In this document: positions 37,082 to 47,121 of the stretch, one piece after another | Layout: every line of letters begins with the position of its first letter | Position numbering within the stretch: the stretch's first letter is position 1 | From: Akkermansia sp. | GTDB lineage: Bacteria; Verrucomicrobiota; Verrucomicrobiia; Verrucomicrobiales; Akkermansiaceae | Assembly (NCBI RefSeq): GCF_020860705.1 | Contig: NZ_JAJBTT010000044.1 | Coordinates: forward strand, 9,204-73,203 | Length of the DNA stretch: 64,000 nt | Reading direction: 5' to 3' | Notes under the pieces: generated by a model | Databases searched by the model: none | What the model was told of the DNA's origin: nothing | The model's input: only the letters and a program-made list of their open reading frames with translations | Translations under genes and position numbers: made by a program

Positions 37082-38851
37082 ATGCGCCCGGTCATTTACC
37101 AATTATTTGTTCGCCATTTTTCCAACATGGAGACCCATGGAGTGGACTGGGGAACCAGGGAGGCGAATGGGAGCGGCACATTTAACGGCGTAACAGACAA
37201 GGCCCTGCGGGAGATAGCCCGGATGGGGTGTACCCATATCTGGCTGACCGGGGTGCTGAGGCATGCCACGCAGACGTCCTATCCCGGGCTGGACGCCCAG
37301 CCGGAATCCATCGTGAAAGGGCTGGCCGGCAGCCCTTACGCGGTGATGGATTATTTTGACGTGGACCCGGATCTGGCTTCCGTGCCGGAAAAGAGGATGG
37401 AGGAATTCAAGGCCCTGGTGAAGCGCTGCCGTACCGTGGGGCTGGTGCCGCTGATCGATTTTATCCCCAACCATGTTTCCCGCGCCTACCTGGCGGACTG
37501 GGACGGCCATGACGATTTTGGGGAGGGGGACGACCACCATACGTTTTTCTCTCCGGAGCAGGGATACTTTTACCTGACCTCCAACAGTCCGGGGGACGGC
37601 CCCCCCCTGCGCCTGCCGGACGGCCTGTTCGAGGGGGAAACGACATTCGGCCGCGTAACGGGCAATAACGCCGTTACGTGGGAGCCCAGCCCGTATGACT
37701 GGTATGAGACGGTCAAACTCAACTACGGCTATAACTTCCTGGCCGGCTTGCCGGCCCTGCGCCTGCTGCCGGACTGGACCAGCCCCAAGCAGCGCGTGCC
37801 CAAGACCTGGCGCATCATGGACGACATCCTTTCCTTCTGGCAGGGGCTGGGCATCGGCGGCTTCAGGTGCGACATGGCCCACATGATCCCCATGGCTTTC
37901 TGGAAATGGGCCATTTCCCGATCCCGCGTGCGCCTGCCGGACGTGTTTTTCATGGCGGAGGCGTACAATGACCACATGAAAACCACTCCCGGAGATCCCT
38001 GCGCTGCGCTTCTAGAGTCCGGGTTCAACGCCGTTTATGATTCCGCCTGCTACCATCTGGCGCTTCATGTTTATACGGAGAAGAACTGGGCCAACGACTT
38101 CGACCGCCTTTTCCGCAGCGATCCCAAGTACATGGCCAGCGGCGTCCGCTACGTGGAAAACCATGATGAAACGCGCGTATGCTCCCCGCTCTCCTGGGGC
38201 GGGGTGGGGCGCATCATCCTGCCGGCGATCATGACGCTGGTTTATGCGTCCGGCCGCGGTCCCGTGCTGGTGTACAACGGGCAGGAAGTGGGGGAACGGG
38301 GAGAGGGCCCCGGCGGCTATAGCGGCCATGACGGCCGCACCAGCATTTTTGATTACACCTGCCTTCCCCAGCTCCAGCCCTGGGTGGCGGACGGCCGGTT
38401 TGACGCCTCCCTGCTGCCGGAAGATTCCGCGGAGCTGAGGAAGTTTCATCAGCGGCTGCTTCCCCTGATGCAGCATCCTGCGCTGGACCACGGGGATTTT
38501 TACGGTTTGAACTGGGCCAACATGAAAAACACCACCTTCGGCAGGGAGCCTGCGGAAGATACCTCCGGCCACTGGGTGTACGCCATGCTTCGGCATGATG
38601 CCCATTCCAAATCCACCGTCCTCATCGTCGGGAACCTGTCTCCGGACATCAACTTCTACAACCTCCGCATTTCCATTCCCCAGCATGCCTTCGGGTGGTG
38701 CGGCATCCAGACGGACCGGGTGCGTGTCAGGGACCTGCTGGACGGGCAGGAGGAAGACAGGTTTTTTGACCGGAAGGAACTGATGGACCGCGGGCTTCCC
38801 CATCCCCTGAAACCCGGGCATGTGGGCGTGCTGGAACTGTCTGCCGTTTAA
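37082..38851 (+). CDS. Alpha-amylase family (GH13) glycoside hydrolase
   Basis: DFIPNHVS, GIGGFRCDMAHM (nucleophile region), FMAEAY (acid/base), YVENHDE. Start at ATG 37082 (ORF opens at 36920 inside cca). Confidence 0.85.
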   Translation: MRPVIYQLFVRHFSNMETHGVDWGTREANGSGTFNGVTDKALREIARMGCTHIWLTGVLRHATQTSYPGLDAQPESIVKGLAGSPYAVMDYFDVDPDLASVPEKRMEEFKALVKRCRTVGLVPLIDFIPNHVSRAYLADWDGHDDFGEGDDHHTFFSPEQGYFYLTSNSPGDGPPLRLPDGLFEGETTFGRVTGNNAVTWEPSPYDWYETVKLNYGYNFLAGLPALRLLPDWTSPKQRVPKTWRIMDDILSFWQGLGIGGFRCDMAHMIPMAFWKWAISRSRVRLPDVFFMAEAYNDHMKTTPGDPCAALLESGFNAVYDSACYHLALHVYTEKNWANDFDRLFRSDPKYMASGVRYVENHDETRVCSPLSWGGVGRIILPAIMTLVYASGRGPVLVYNGQEVGERGEGPGGYSGHDGRTSIFDYTCLPQLQPWVADGRFDASLLPEDSAELRKFHQRLLPLMQHPALDHGDFYGLNWANMKNTTFGREPAEDTSGHWVYAMLRHDAHSKSTVLIVGNLSPDINFYNLRISIPQHAFGWCGIQTDRVRVRDLLDGQEEDRFFDRKELMDRGLPHPLKPGHVGVLELSAV

Positions 38852-38962
38852 AGAGGCACTCCCATGGAACGGGGGCGGCTGCCTTTTCCGATATTTTTTG
38901 CTCCGCTGGGCGTTTTTATAATGACGGGCGGTTTTTAATTCGGTATAGTCCCGGAAATTCCT

Positions 38963-41506
38963 ATGACTAGACGTTTCCCTCACTCCATGTCTGCCATTCA
39001 GCAAATTGCTCTGGCGCTTGCCGTTGCCGGCATTGGCGCCGGACAGGGGCTGGCCCAGGAAGGAGCAGGGGCCGCCCGCCGGGCCGCCGCCCGGATGGAA
39101 GAGCAGGCCCAGGCTTCCATGATGCTCCTGGGACAGGCGCGTCAGCAGTATTCCGAAGGCAAGTATCAGGAAGCCCTGGAAAATTACCGCAAGAGCCTGG
39201 CCGCACTGCCCGAGTCTCCCAGCATGGAGAAGCGCCGCCGTTTTCTGGAAACCAGCATTGCGGACGCCAGCGTGGCCGTGGCGCAGGAATACATCAAGGT
39301 GGGGCGTTATGATGAGGCCGACAAGCTGTTGCAGGATGCCTTGAAAGCCGCTCCGGACCATGCCCTGGCCAAGCGTACGCTGGAAATAGCCCGGGATCCG
39401 GAGCGCACGAATCCGGCCCTTTCCCCGGAACATGTCAAGAATGTGGAGGAAGTCAACCGCCTTCTTCATCTGGCTTACGGCTATTATGAACTGGGCCAGT
39501 ATGATGCGGCCCTGAAGGAATTTACCTCCGTCCTCCAGACGGACCCTTACAATACGGCGGCGCGGCGCGGCATGGAGCTGGTCAACCGGGCTAGAAGCGC
39601 CTACTTTGACGCAGCCAGGGATGAAACCCGCAGCAGCGCCCTGGCGGACGTCTCCAGGCAGTGGGAGCAGCCTGCCCCTGTCACGGAAACTCCTGAGGAA
39701 CCTTCCTCCTTCTCCCGCCCGCTGGACAACCCGGTGGTGAATGTGGACCAGAAGCTGGGCATGATCCGGCTGCCCCGCGTGCAGCTGGACGGCGCTACGC
39801 TGGAGGAAGCCGTGGATTATCTGCGCAATCAGGCCAGGGAGCATGATACCACGGCCCTGACTGCGGCGGAACGCGGCGTGAACATCTCTGTGGATCCCGG
39901 TCCTGCGGACAGCGTTTCCGCCAAGGATGCCGCCGCCAAGAAAATTACGCTGAATCTTCAAAACGTGCCGCTTCGCGATGCCCTGGGATATGTGGCTCGC
40001 GCCGCCGGCCTCATCCTGCGTACAAATGCCTTTGGAGCGGAACTGGTATCCAGTTCAGACGGCACCTCTTACATGGTGACCAAATCCATTACCCTTCCTC
40101 CGGGCTTTTTCTCCGGCTTGTCGGAATCCTCCGATACCGGGGATTCCGATCCCTTCAGTTCCGGGGACTCCGGTTCTTCCGGCATGACCCTGAAGCGGGT
40201 GGATCCGCAGAAGGCCCTGGCCTCCCTGGGGGTGAAATTCCCGGAAGGCAGCTTCATCAAATACAATTCAGGCAACTCCACCCTCCTTTTCCATGGCACG
40301 CCCAAGGACCTGAGCATGCTGGAAGAGCTGGTGGCTTCCAAGACTGCGGAACAACCCTTGCAAGTGGTTGTCAGCGCGACGTTCCTGGAAGTCAATCAGA
40401 CGGACTTGGAGGAATTGGGCTTCAACTGGATCGTGAACCTGAATCTGGACCCGACCAAATGGTTTATGGGCGGCGCCGGAACCAACAAGAACGACTACAA
40501 CAACACCGTGCTGGACAGTGCCGCCAGCGTGGCCGGAGCCGCCGCCCCGGCTGGAGTGGTGGGTGGACTGAGGTCCGGCAACCAGGTCTTTACGGAAGAC
40601 AGCATCACCGGCATGATTGAGCGCGGTTCCTCCGCCAGAAGCACCGGGGTGGCCTACGTTCCCGGCGGCGCGCCCAGCATCGTCACCATGCGCGGCATGT
40701 GGAGCCAGGCGGACATCACGATGATCATGCGCGGGTTGAGCCAGAAAAAGGGCACGGACATCATGCAGCATCCTTCCGTGATTGTGCGGCCCGGTGAAAA
40801 AGCCACGTTCTTCAGCGGCAAGGAACTGATTTATCCCACGGAATATGATCCGCCCGAAGTGCCCAACAGCACGGGCAACAACAATAATAACAATAATGGG
40901 GACTACTGGGATGACTATGACAATGGCGGGGACCGCCTTCCGGTCATGCCCATGACTCCCGCCCACCCCTCCGCCTATGAAACCAGGCAGCTCGGCACCG
41001 TATTCAACGTGGAGGTAACCGGCATCAGCGATGACAAGTCCATTGTGGAAATGACGGTAGTGCCGGAAATCGTGGACTTTGACGGCTTCATCAACTACGG
41101 CACGCCGCTCTTCGTTCCCGTGGCTTCCCAGGAAAAGAACGCGAAGGAAGACATCGTCATGGTGAAAGCCTCTGACAACTTCATTCTTCAGCCCGTGTTC
41201 TCCACGCGCCGCCTGACCGCTCCGGTGCGTATTGCTACGGGCAGCACGCTTGTCATCGGCGCCTTGAAAAAATCCACGTCCATTACGTATGAGGATAAAA
41301 TTCCCATTCTGGGGGATATTCCCTGGGTGGGGCGCCTGTTTCGTTCCCAGGGATCCAAGGAAGAGCGCAAGGCCATTATCATCATGGTAAAGGCGGAAGT
41401 AGTGGATCCGGGCGGCAAGCAGCTTTACACGCCAAGTACTTCCGTTCCGGATGCGGATGCTCCCGCAGGGCCGGCGCCCCTTCCCGCACTCAGCAATGCC
41501 AGATAA
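38963..41506 (+). CDS. Outer-membrane secretin (type II/III secretion / type IV pilus family) with N-terminal TPR region
   Basis: C-terminal secretin core ...VIGALKKSTSITYEDKIPILGDIPWVGRLFRSQGSKEERKAIIIMVKAEVV. N-terminal TPR-like helices (YQEALENYRKSL..., YDAALKEFTSVLQTDPYN). Confidence 0.8.
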   Translation: MTRRFPHSMSAIQQIALALAVAGIGAGQGLAQEGAGAARRAAARMEEQAQASMMLLGQARQQYSEGKYQEALENYRKSLAALPESPSMEKRRRFLETSIADASVAVAQEYIKVGRYDEADKLLQDALKAAPDHALAKRTLEIARDPERTNPALSPEHVKNVEEVNRLLHLAYGYYELGQYDAALKEFTSVLQTDPYNTAARRGMELVNRARSAYFDAARDETRSSALADVSRQWEQPAPVTETPEEPSSFSRPLDNPVVNVDQKLGMIRLPRVQLDGATLEEAVDYLRNQAREHDTTALTAAERGVNISVDPGPADSVSAKDAAAKKITLNLQNVPLRDALGYVARAAGLILRTNAFGAELVSSSDGTSYMVTKSITLPPGFFSGLSESSDTGDSDPFSSGDSGSSGMTLKRVDPQKALASLGVKFPEGSFIKYNSGNSTLLFHGTPKDLSMLEELVASKTAEQPLQVVVSATFLEVNQTDLEELGFNWIVNLNLDPTKWFMGGAGTNKNDYNNTVLDSAASVAGAAAPAGVVGGLRSGNQVFTEDSITGMIERGSSARSTGVAYVPGGAPSIVTMRGMWSQADITMIMRGLSQKKGTDIMQHPSVIVRPGEKATFFSGKELIYPTEYDPPEVPNSTGNNNNNNNGDYWDDYDNGGDRLPVMPMTPAHPSAYETRQLGTVFNVEVTGISDDKSIVEMTVVPEIVDFDGFINYGTPLFVPVASQEKNAKEDIVMVKASDNFILQPVFSTRRLTAPVRIATGSTLVIGALKKSTSITYEDKIPILGDIPWVGRLFRSQGSKEERKAIIIMVKAEVVDPGGKQLYTPSTSVPDADAPAGPAPLPALSNAR

Positions 41507-41527
41507 CCTTTAACCGGAGTATAAACA

Positions 41528-43171
41528 TTGAAGAACAGCGATTCCAATCCTGAGTCCTTTTCTTCCTCCCAGGGGGCCGACAATATCATGCGCCAGCTGC
41601 ATGCCTCGGATTCCCGCGGAGTGGAACGAAGAAGGGAAGTGGTGGTGCGCCCGGACGGCAGCAAGGTCATCCGGGTGGAAAAACGCCGCCGCACTTATAA
41701 TGACGACCACAGGGATGCGAAGCAGACCGTACTGAAAAACAAGCGTTTTTTAATTTCCATTTGCATCCTGGTCCTGCTGGCCGTGGGTGCTTTGGCGGGA
41801 ACGTACATGTACCGGCTGACGTCATTCAATACGGAAGAATTTGCCGGGCGTCTCCAGTCCGACCTCTCCGCCGCCTGGGGCGGCAAGGTGGAAATTTCCG
41901 GAATGGCGATGGACGGCCTTTCCCTGAAAGCCTCCCGCATCAAGGTCTCCTTCCCGGAAGATTCCTGCCTGTCCTTCGTGGCGATGGAAGGCGTTTCCGG
42001 GGAAATCTCCGCCGCATCCCTGTTCATGGGAAAAATCAAGGGGGAAAGCCTGAACATGAGCAAGGTCATGATTGGCCTGCGCCCCGGATTTGTCAAATTT
42101 ACCGCCCCGAAGGCGGAACGGGGATTGCCGTTCACCTTCCGGCGTTATACCGCGCCGCGCCTGGAAGTGGGTTATGCCCATCAGACGGAGGAATTCACCC
42201 TGGAACGGAATGACGGCCCCTTCTACATGACGGCGGAAGCCTACATCCGTACGTCCGGAACCGGTACGGAAGCGGAATACGTGCTGGATCTGTCTCAGCA
42301 AAAGCTGAAAATCAAAGGCTGGCCGCTGATGGGCGTGGATTCCGGCTCCATCATTTTAAATGGAAACGGCGTCAAGCAGCTCACGTTCTCCGGCTTTCTG
42401 GACAAGGGAAGCCTGCTCAACAAACCTACGGATTTAAGCCCCTTCATGATTACGGGGAGTTTCGGGCTGGGCACTGATTTTCGTCACCAGGCCTGGACTC
42501 TGACGGGAAGGAATTTTGACCTTCTTTCCCTCGTAGGGGATGACTTCGCTTCCTTCCTCAAGGTGCAGATGGGGGAACAGGAAGTGGATGAAAAGCATGA
42601 ATTGAAGCTGAACTTTGCGCTGCCCGTGCTGGCCGAACAAAAAAGGCCTTCCGTGAAGGGGTACAGCGGTTCCGTCATCAAGGCGACCATGCTCAGGCTG
42701 CCCGTCTTCCGCCTGCTGGCGGCCATGACCGCCCGGAGCACGGAAGTAAAGCTCCCGTACTCTTCACCCGTCTTTACGTCCGGCTCCTTCCTTCTGGAAA
42801 GCGATGGAACGGACAATTCCGTATCCCTGAAGGAGATTTCCCTGTTTGAACAGAGCTTCCTGGGGGTGACCGGAACCTTGTACAGCAACGGCTCCTCCGT
42901 GACGGGGGAACTGGTCTTCAAAATCCCTTCCTACATGGTGAACGGAACCCGCATTCCGTCCGGCCTTACGCAGGAAGGGCATGAAATCATTCTCCCTGTA
43001 AAAATTTCCGGTACGCCGGCATCCCCGCAGGACAACTCCGCCGGGATGCTCCGGGAAGCGGAGTCGCGAAGGGAACGTCCGGAAATGCAGGCTGCCCCTT
43101 TACGCGGGACGGATCTTCCCGCTCCCTCAAGCTCCTCCCCCTCCCGGATTACGGTGGACGGGTTCATGTGA
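41528..43171 (+). CDS. Hypothetical single-pass membrane protein (large periplasmic domain)
   Basis: One TM helix (FLISICILVLLAVGALAGTYMY) after a charged N-terminus, 22 nt downstream of the secretin. TTG start uncertain. Confidence 0.5.
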   Translation: MKNSDSNPESFSSSQGADNIMRQLHASDSRGVERRREVVVRPDGSKVIRVEKRRRTYNDDHRDAKQTVLKNKRFLISICILVLLAVGALAGTYMYRLTSFNTEEFAGRLQSDLSAAWGGKVEISGMAMDGLSLKASRIKVSFPEDSCLSFVAMEGVSGEISAASLFMGKIKGESLNMSKVMIGLRPGFVKFTAPKAERGLPFTFRRYTAPRLEVGYAHQTEEFTLERNDGPFYMTAEAYIRTSGTGTEAEYVLDLSQQKLKIKGWPLMGVDSGSIILNGNGVKQLTFSGFLDKGSLLNKPTDLSPFMITGSFGLGTDFRHQAWTLTGRNFDLLSLVGDDFASFLKVQMGEQEVDEKHELKLNFALPVLAEQKRPSVKGYSGSVIKATMLRLPVFRLLAAMTARSTEVKLPYSSPVFTSGSFLLESDGTDNSVSLKEISLFEQSFLGVTGTLYSNGSSVTGELVFKIPSYMVNGTRIPSGLTQEGHEIILPVKISGTPASPQDNSAGMLREAESRRERPEMQAAPLRGTDLPAPSSSSPSRITVDGFM

Positions 43172-43187
43172 TATTTGCCGAGGATTC

Positions 43188-43916
43188 ATGCTGTTACTTA
43201 ACCCTGTTGTCCATAAAACGTCGGAAAAGCGTTCCCGCTGGTGGACCAAGCTGGCCGGTTTCGGCCTGTGGTCCGTGCTCCAGCCCATTTGCATGAGCCT
43301 GAATATCCGTTCCGTCAAGGAAGAGCATGACGACGTTTATACGACGCCCTTTCTTGTGGCGCTCTGGCACAACCGCACGGCCGTGCCGGGCTATGCATGG
43401 TCTCTGGCCCAGAAACCGCTCAAAATGTGCGTGCTTACCAGCGCCAGCAAGGACGGCGCGCTGGTGGAAGCCGTTTGCAGCCACTTCGGCCTGGATGCCG
43501 TGCGCGGTTCCTCCGGGCGGCGGGGCGCCCTGGCCTATATGGAAATGATGCGGAAGATCAAGGAAGGGAACGTCTGTTTCTGCCTTACTCCGGATGGCCC
43601 CCGGGGCCCTATCTACGAGGTGCATCAGGGCATCATCAAACTGGCCTCCCAGTCCGGACTGCCCATCGTTCCCGTATGCATTGAGTATGAAAGCTGCTGG
43701 CGACTGAAAAAATCCTGGGACCGTTACGCCATTCCCAAGCCGTGCTCCAACGTGAACATTTTATGGAAAAAGCGCCTGTTCATTCCCTCGGATGTAACGA
43801 ATGAACAGGTGGAGGACTATGCCCGCCTTCTGACCGGGCTGATGCAGGAAGGCCTTCCGGATTTTCCACCACTTAATCAATCATTATCATGCAAATCATC
43901 GACGGAAAACAAGTAG
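43188..43916 (+). CDS. DUF374 / lysophospholipid-acyltransferase-like protein
   Basis: ALWHNR...[10 protein letters not shown]...[32 protein letters not shown] recalls the DUF374 family often linked to Kdo/lipid A genes. Assignment from memory. Confidence 0.6.
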   Translation: MLLLNPVVHKTSEKRSRWWTKLAGFGLWSVLQPICMSLNIRSVKEEHDDVYTTPFLVALWHNRTAVPGYAWSLAQKPLKMCVLTSASKDGALVEAVCSHFGLDAVRGSSGRRGALAYMEMMRKIKEGNVCFCLTPDGPRGPIYEVHQGIIKLASQSGLPIVPVCIEYESCWRLKKSWDRYAIPKPCSNVNILWKKRLFIPSDVTNEQVEDYARLLTGLMQEGLPDFPPLNQSLSCKSSTENK

Positions 43917-44764
43917 CCTCCCAGGTGCTGGAAGAGGTTGGAAAGGACATCGCCCGGCTCAGGAACCAGGGAATAACGCCCGGCCTGGCCGTGGTGCTGG
44001 TGGGGGAAGACCCCGCCTCCCAGGTATACGTTAACTCCAAGGTGAAAAAATGCGCGGAACTGGGGATGAACTCCAGGAAGATCGTTCTTCCTTCCGACGC
44101 CTCCCAGGAAGAACTGCTGCAAGTCGTCCGCGACTTGAATGCGGATGCTTCCATCCATGGCATTCTGGTGCAGAGCCCGCCTCCTCCCCATATTGACGAG
44201 GCCGCCGTGGTTCTGGAAATTGATCCGGCCAAGGATGTGGACGGGTTCCATCCGGAAAACGTCGCCAAGCTGGTGCTGGAGGATGAAACCGGTTTTGTGC
44301 CCTGTACTCCGCTGGGCTGCATGAGGCTGTTGAAGGCTGCCGGCATTGAAACGGCCGGGGCGAATGCCGTGGTCATCGGCCGCAGCATGATCGTGGGCAA
44401 GCCGATGGCCCATCTGCTGATGTCCAAGCAGGCGAACGCCACCGTGACCGTGGCCCATTCCCGCACGAAAAACCTGCCGGAGCTTTGCCGCTCTGCGGAC
44501 ATCATCGTGGCGGCCATAGGCAGGCCCGCTTTTGTGACGGCTGATTTCGTGAAGGACGGCGCCGTGGTGGTGGATGTGGGCATCAACCGCGTGGAAGACG
44601 CTTCCGCCAAGCGCGGCTACCGGATTGTGGGAGACGTGGCGTATGATGAAGTGGCTCCCAAATGCCGCGCCATTACTCCCGTGCCCGGCGGCGTGGGACC
44701 GATGACCATTGCCATGCTGATGGCCAACACGGTCAAGGCCTGTCGCCAGCAGACGGGAGCCTGA
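43889..44764 (+). CDS. folD: Bifunctional methylenetetrahydrofolate dehydrogenase / methenyl-THF cyclohydrolase
   Basis: [10 protein letters not shown]...[18 protein letters not shown]...GILVQSPPP...[12 protein letters not shown]...[12 protein letters not shown]. Confidence 0.92.
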   Translation: MQIIDGKQVASQVLEEVGKDIARLRNQGITPGLAVVLVGEDPASQVYVNSKVKKCAELGMNSRKIVLPSDASQEELLQVVRDLNADASIHGILVQSPPPPHIDEAAVVLEIDPAKDVDGFHPENVAKLVLEDETGFVPCTPLGCMRLLKAAGIETAGANAVVIGRSMIVGKPMAHLLMSKQANATVTVAHSRTKNLPELCRSADIIVAAIGRPAFVTADFVKDGAVVVDVGINRVEDASAKRGYRIVGDVAYDEVAPKCRAITPVPGGVGPMTIAMLMANTVKACRQQTGA

Positions 44765-44831
44765 CGAAGCTCCGGTGACGTCCGTTTTTCTTGTCAAGGA
44801 GGAGAAAGTAGGGCAGTATTCATTCACCATT

Positions 44832-45614
44832 ATGTCAAGTAAATTACTCGAAGGCAAAGTTGGTGTCGTAGTCGGCGTGGCGAACAAGCGCAGTATCGCG
44901 TTCGCGATTGCCAAGGCATGGCATGAAGCAGGTGCAAAGCTCATCTTCAATTATCAAGGTGAACGTCTCAAGGACGGCGTGCTCAAACTCATCCATGAAA
45001 ACTTCGGTGAAGATGTCCCCGTCTACGATCTGGATGTCAGCAATGACGAATCCATCAATGCATTCTTTGAAAATGTCCGGAAGCATACGGACAAGGTGGA
45101 CTGCATGCTGCATTCCGTGGCTTTTGCCCCGAAGGAAGCCCTTGGCGGCAGTTTTCTGGAAACGGGCCGTGAGGCATTCAAGATTTCCCTGGATATTTCC
45201 GCCTACTCCCTGGTGGCCCTTTCCCGTGCCGTGGAACCCATGATGTCCGACAACGGCAGCATTCTGGCGATGACCTACCTGGGTTCTGAAAAGGTGGTTC
45301 CGAACTACAACCTGATGGGCGTTTCCAAGGCCGCCCTGGAAGCCTGCACCCGTTATCTGGCATATGACCTGGGCCGTGCCCGCGGCATCCGCGTCAACTG
45401 CATCAGTGCGGGGCCCATGCAGACGCTTGCGGCCCGCGGCGTTTCCGGCTTCAACACCATGTTCAAGGTATATGAAGAACATGCCCCGCTGGGACGTTCC
45501 TGCACGGGTGAGGAACTGGGTGCCACCGGTGTTTTCCTGGCCAGCGATGGCGCGGCCTCCATCACCGGACAGGTGATTTACGTGGACGGCGGCTATCAGA
45601 TCATGGGCATGTAA
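44832..45614 (+). CDS. fabI: Enoyl-[acyl-carrier-protein] reductase (NADH)
   Basis: LLEGKVGVVVGVANKRSIAFAIAK...YNLMGVSKAALEA...RVNCISAGP are the FabI SDR motifs. Confidence 0.9.
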   Translation: MSSKLLEGKVGVVVGVANKRSIAFAIAKAWHEAGAKLIFNYQGERLKDGVLKLIHENFGEDVPVYDLDVSNDESINAFFENVRKHTDKVDCMLHSVAFAPKEALGGSFLETGREAFKISLDISAYSLVALSRAVEPMMSDNGSILAMTYLGSEKVVPNYNLMGVSKAALEACTRYLAYDLGRARGIRVNCISAGPMQTLAARGVSGFNTMFKVYEEHAPLGRSCTGEELGATGVFLASDGAASITGQVIYVDGGYQIMGM

Positions 45615-45647
45615 ATCCTTCCTTCCGGAACATGTTTTCCTTTTTTC

Positions 45648-45679
45648 AGGCCGTACCGCTTGCCGGTACGGCCTTTTTA
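45648..45679 (+). terminator. Rho-independent terminator after fabI
   Basis: aggccgtaccg / cggtacggcct 11-bp stem, then TTTTT. Confidence 0.7.
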
Positions 45680-45766
45680 CGATGCCGCTGCAGTTATGAC
45701 AGGGATGTTCCTTAGCTTTTGCCAAAAAACCTTGTGTTTCGGAACCTCGTTTTTATAAATAAAAAA

Positions 45767-46219
45767 ATGACAATCTCCCATCGTTATCTGTTTAACGGAG
45801 AAACGTGTGGCAGCTTGAATGAAATGCTTCTCCGCAACGGAGAAGCTTCTCATAACGCCCATATCTGCCTCGTTAGAGAGGACGGGATGTACATGCAATC
45901 CGTTCCGGTGGGTAACGGCTTGTTTTATTGCGAGGTGGGGGATGCCTCCCATGGCTATGTTTGTCCCCGTGAAATGATGGTTGAGGAATTGGAGGAACAA
46001 TTCCGCCGTTTTGATTCAGGGGAAGACTTTTCCTTTGTGAAGGAAGAGTGGGGTATTTATGATTCTTCCCCGTCTCCGTTGCCGGCTATCGTCAAATGGA
46101 TTGCCGTTGCCGCCGTGATGGATGTGGCCATTATCCTGGCTTTTACGGGACTTCCGGAGAATCAGACCGTCCATCTTTCCTGCATTGTGGATACGTTTAC
46201 CCGCTTCCTTTTTAGCTGA
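45767..46219 (+). CDS. Hypothetical protein with C-terminal TM helix
   Basis: ORF in a locally AT-richer stretch. IVKWIAVAAVMDVAIILAFTGL is a TM segment. No recognised domain. Confidence 0.4.
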   Translation: MTISHRYLFNGETCGSLNEMLLRNGEASHNAHICLVREDGMYMQSVPVGNGLFYCEVGDASHGYVCPREMMVEELEEQFRRFDSGEDFSFVKEEWGIYDSSPSPLPAIVKWIAVAAVMDVAIILAFTGLPENQTVHLSCIVDTFTRFLFS

Positions 46220-46263
46220 GGGGGGGACGGCGTCTTGAAAGGAATCTTTCCGACGGAGCCTTT

Positions 46264-47121
46264 TCAGGGGACGAGTACCTTCAGCGTGCCGTGGCGTGTG
46301 ATGCGGACCGGAGCGGTTCCCGCATAATCGCCGTCCAGTTCACAGGCGGCCTGTCCTACGGAGGTGACGGTTCCGCCTGTCATCTGTATATATTCAAAGC
46401 GCCCGTTTCTCCGGGAGTGGAACCCGCCGTGGACGGCGGCCAGCAGGCATTCCCCAATGATGGAAGAAATGGAATGCTGAAACACCACTGCATCCAGAAG
46501 GCCGTCGTCATTGCCCGCTTCCGCAAAGAAGTTCAGCGGACCGCCATACCTGCGCCCGTTGCCGAAAAGGATGGAACCGCCTTCCAGCACCCGCCCGTCA
46601 TCTGTAGTCAGGGTCAGCCGGGGCTGGCGTTCCACGCAAACCCTGGCGCCGGCGATCACGTAGGCGAAGGCCTTCCATTTCTTCTTCATTTCCCAGGTGG
46701 TCAGTTCCACGGCGCGGGCGTCTGCGCCGATGCCCGCCATCTGGAGAAAAGGTTGCCCGTTGAAGGCGAACAGATCCACCTCTCTGGAGCGTCCCGTATT
46801 CAGAACATGCAGGGCGTGGTCAAAATCCTGCCGGATTCCTATTTCCCGGGAGAAGACGTTCATGGTCCCGGCAGGGAAGGAGGCCAGGACCGTTTCCGTA
46901 TTGCAAAGGGCGCGCGCCGCGACACCCAGCGTACCGTCGCCGCCGGCCACGGCTACGACGGGCTGTCCGGCATCCGCCTGGGCGGCCAGGTGGTGCAGCA
47001 TGTCTTTCCGGCTCTCAGGTTCAATAACGTTAAAAAGCTCCCGGTGACTGTCCAGCCAGCGGCGGAAACGGTCGACTCTGGCGCTGCGCGCCGTGTTGTT
47101 GAAAAACAGGGGAATTCTCAT
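46264..47121 (-). CDS. Diacylglycerol-kinase-catalytic-domain lipid kinase (YegS/LCB5 family)
   Basis: VVAVAGGDGTLGVAARAL and the overall ~285 aa two-domain layout. Confidence 0.75.
   Translation of the reverse strand: MRIPLFFNNTARSARVDRFRRWLDSHRELFNVIEPESRKDMLHHLAAQADAGQPVVAVAGGDGTLGVAARALCNTETVLASFPAGTMNVFSREIGIRQDFDHALHVLNTGRSREVDLFAFNGQPFLQMAGIGADARAVELTTWEMKKKWKAFAYVIAGARVCVERQPRLTLTTDDGRVLEGGSILFGNGRRYGGPLNFFAEAGNDDGLLDAVVFQHSISSIIGECLLAAVHGGFHSRRNGRFEYIQMTGGTVTSVGQAACELDGDYAGTAPVRITRHGTLKVLVP

Noticed and set aside
40870-40900. Run of AAC/AAT codons (poly-Asn, NNNNNNN) inside the secretin gene, considered as a possible slipped-strand phase-variation tract.
   Set aside because: The tract is a mixed-codon triplet repeat and stays in frame, so length changes would not switch expression. 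It most likely encodes a flexible loop.
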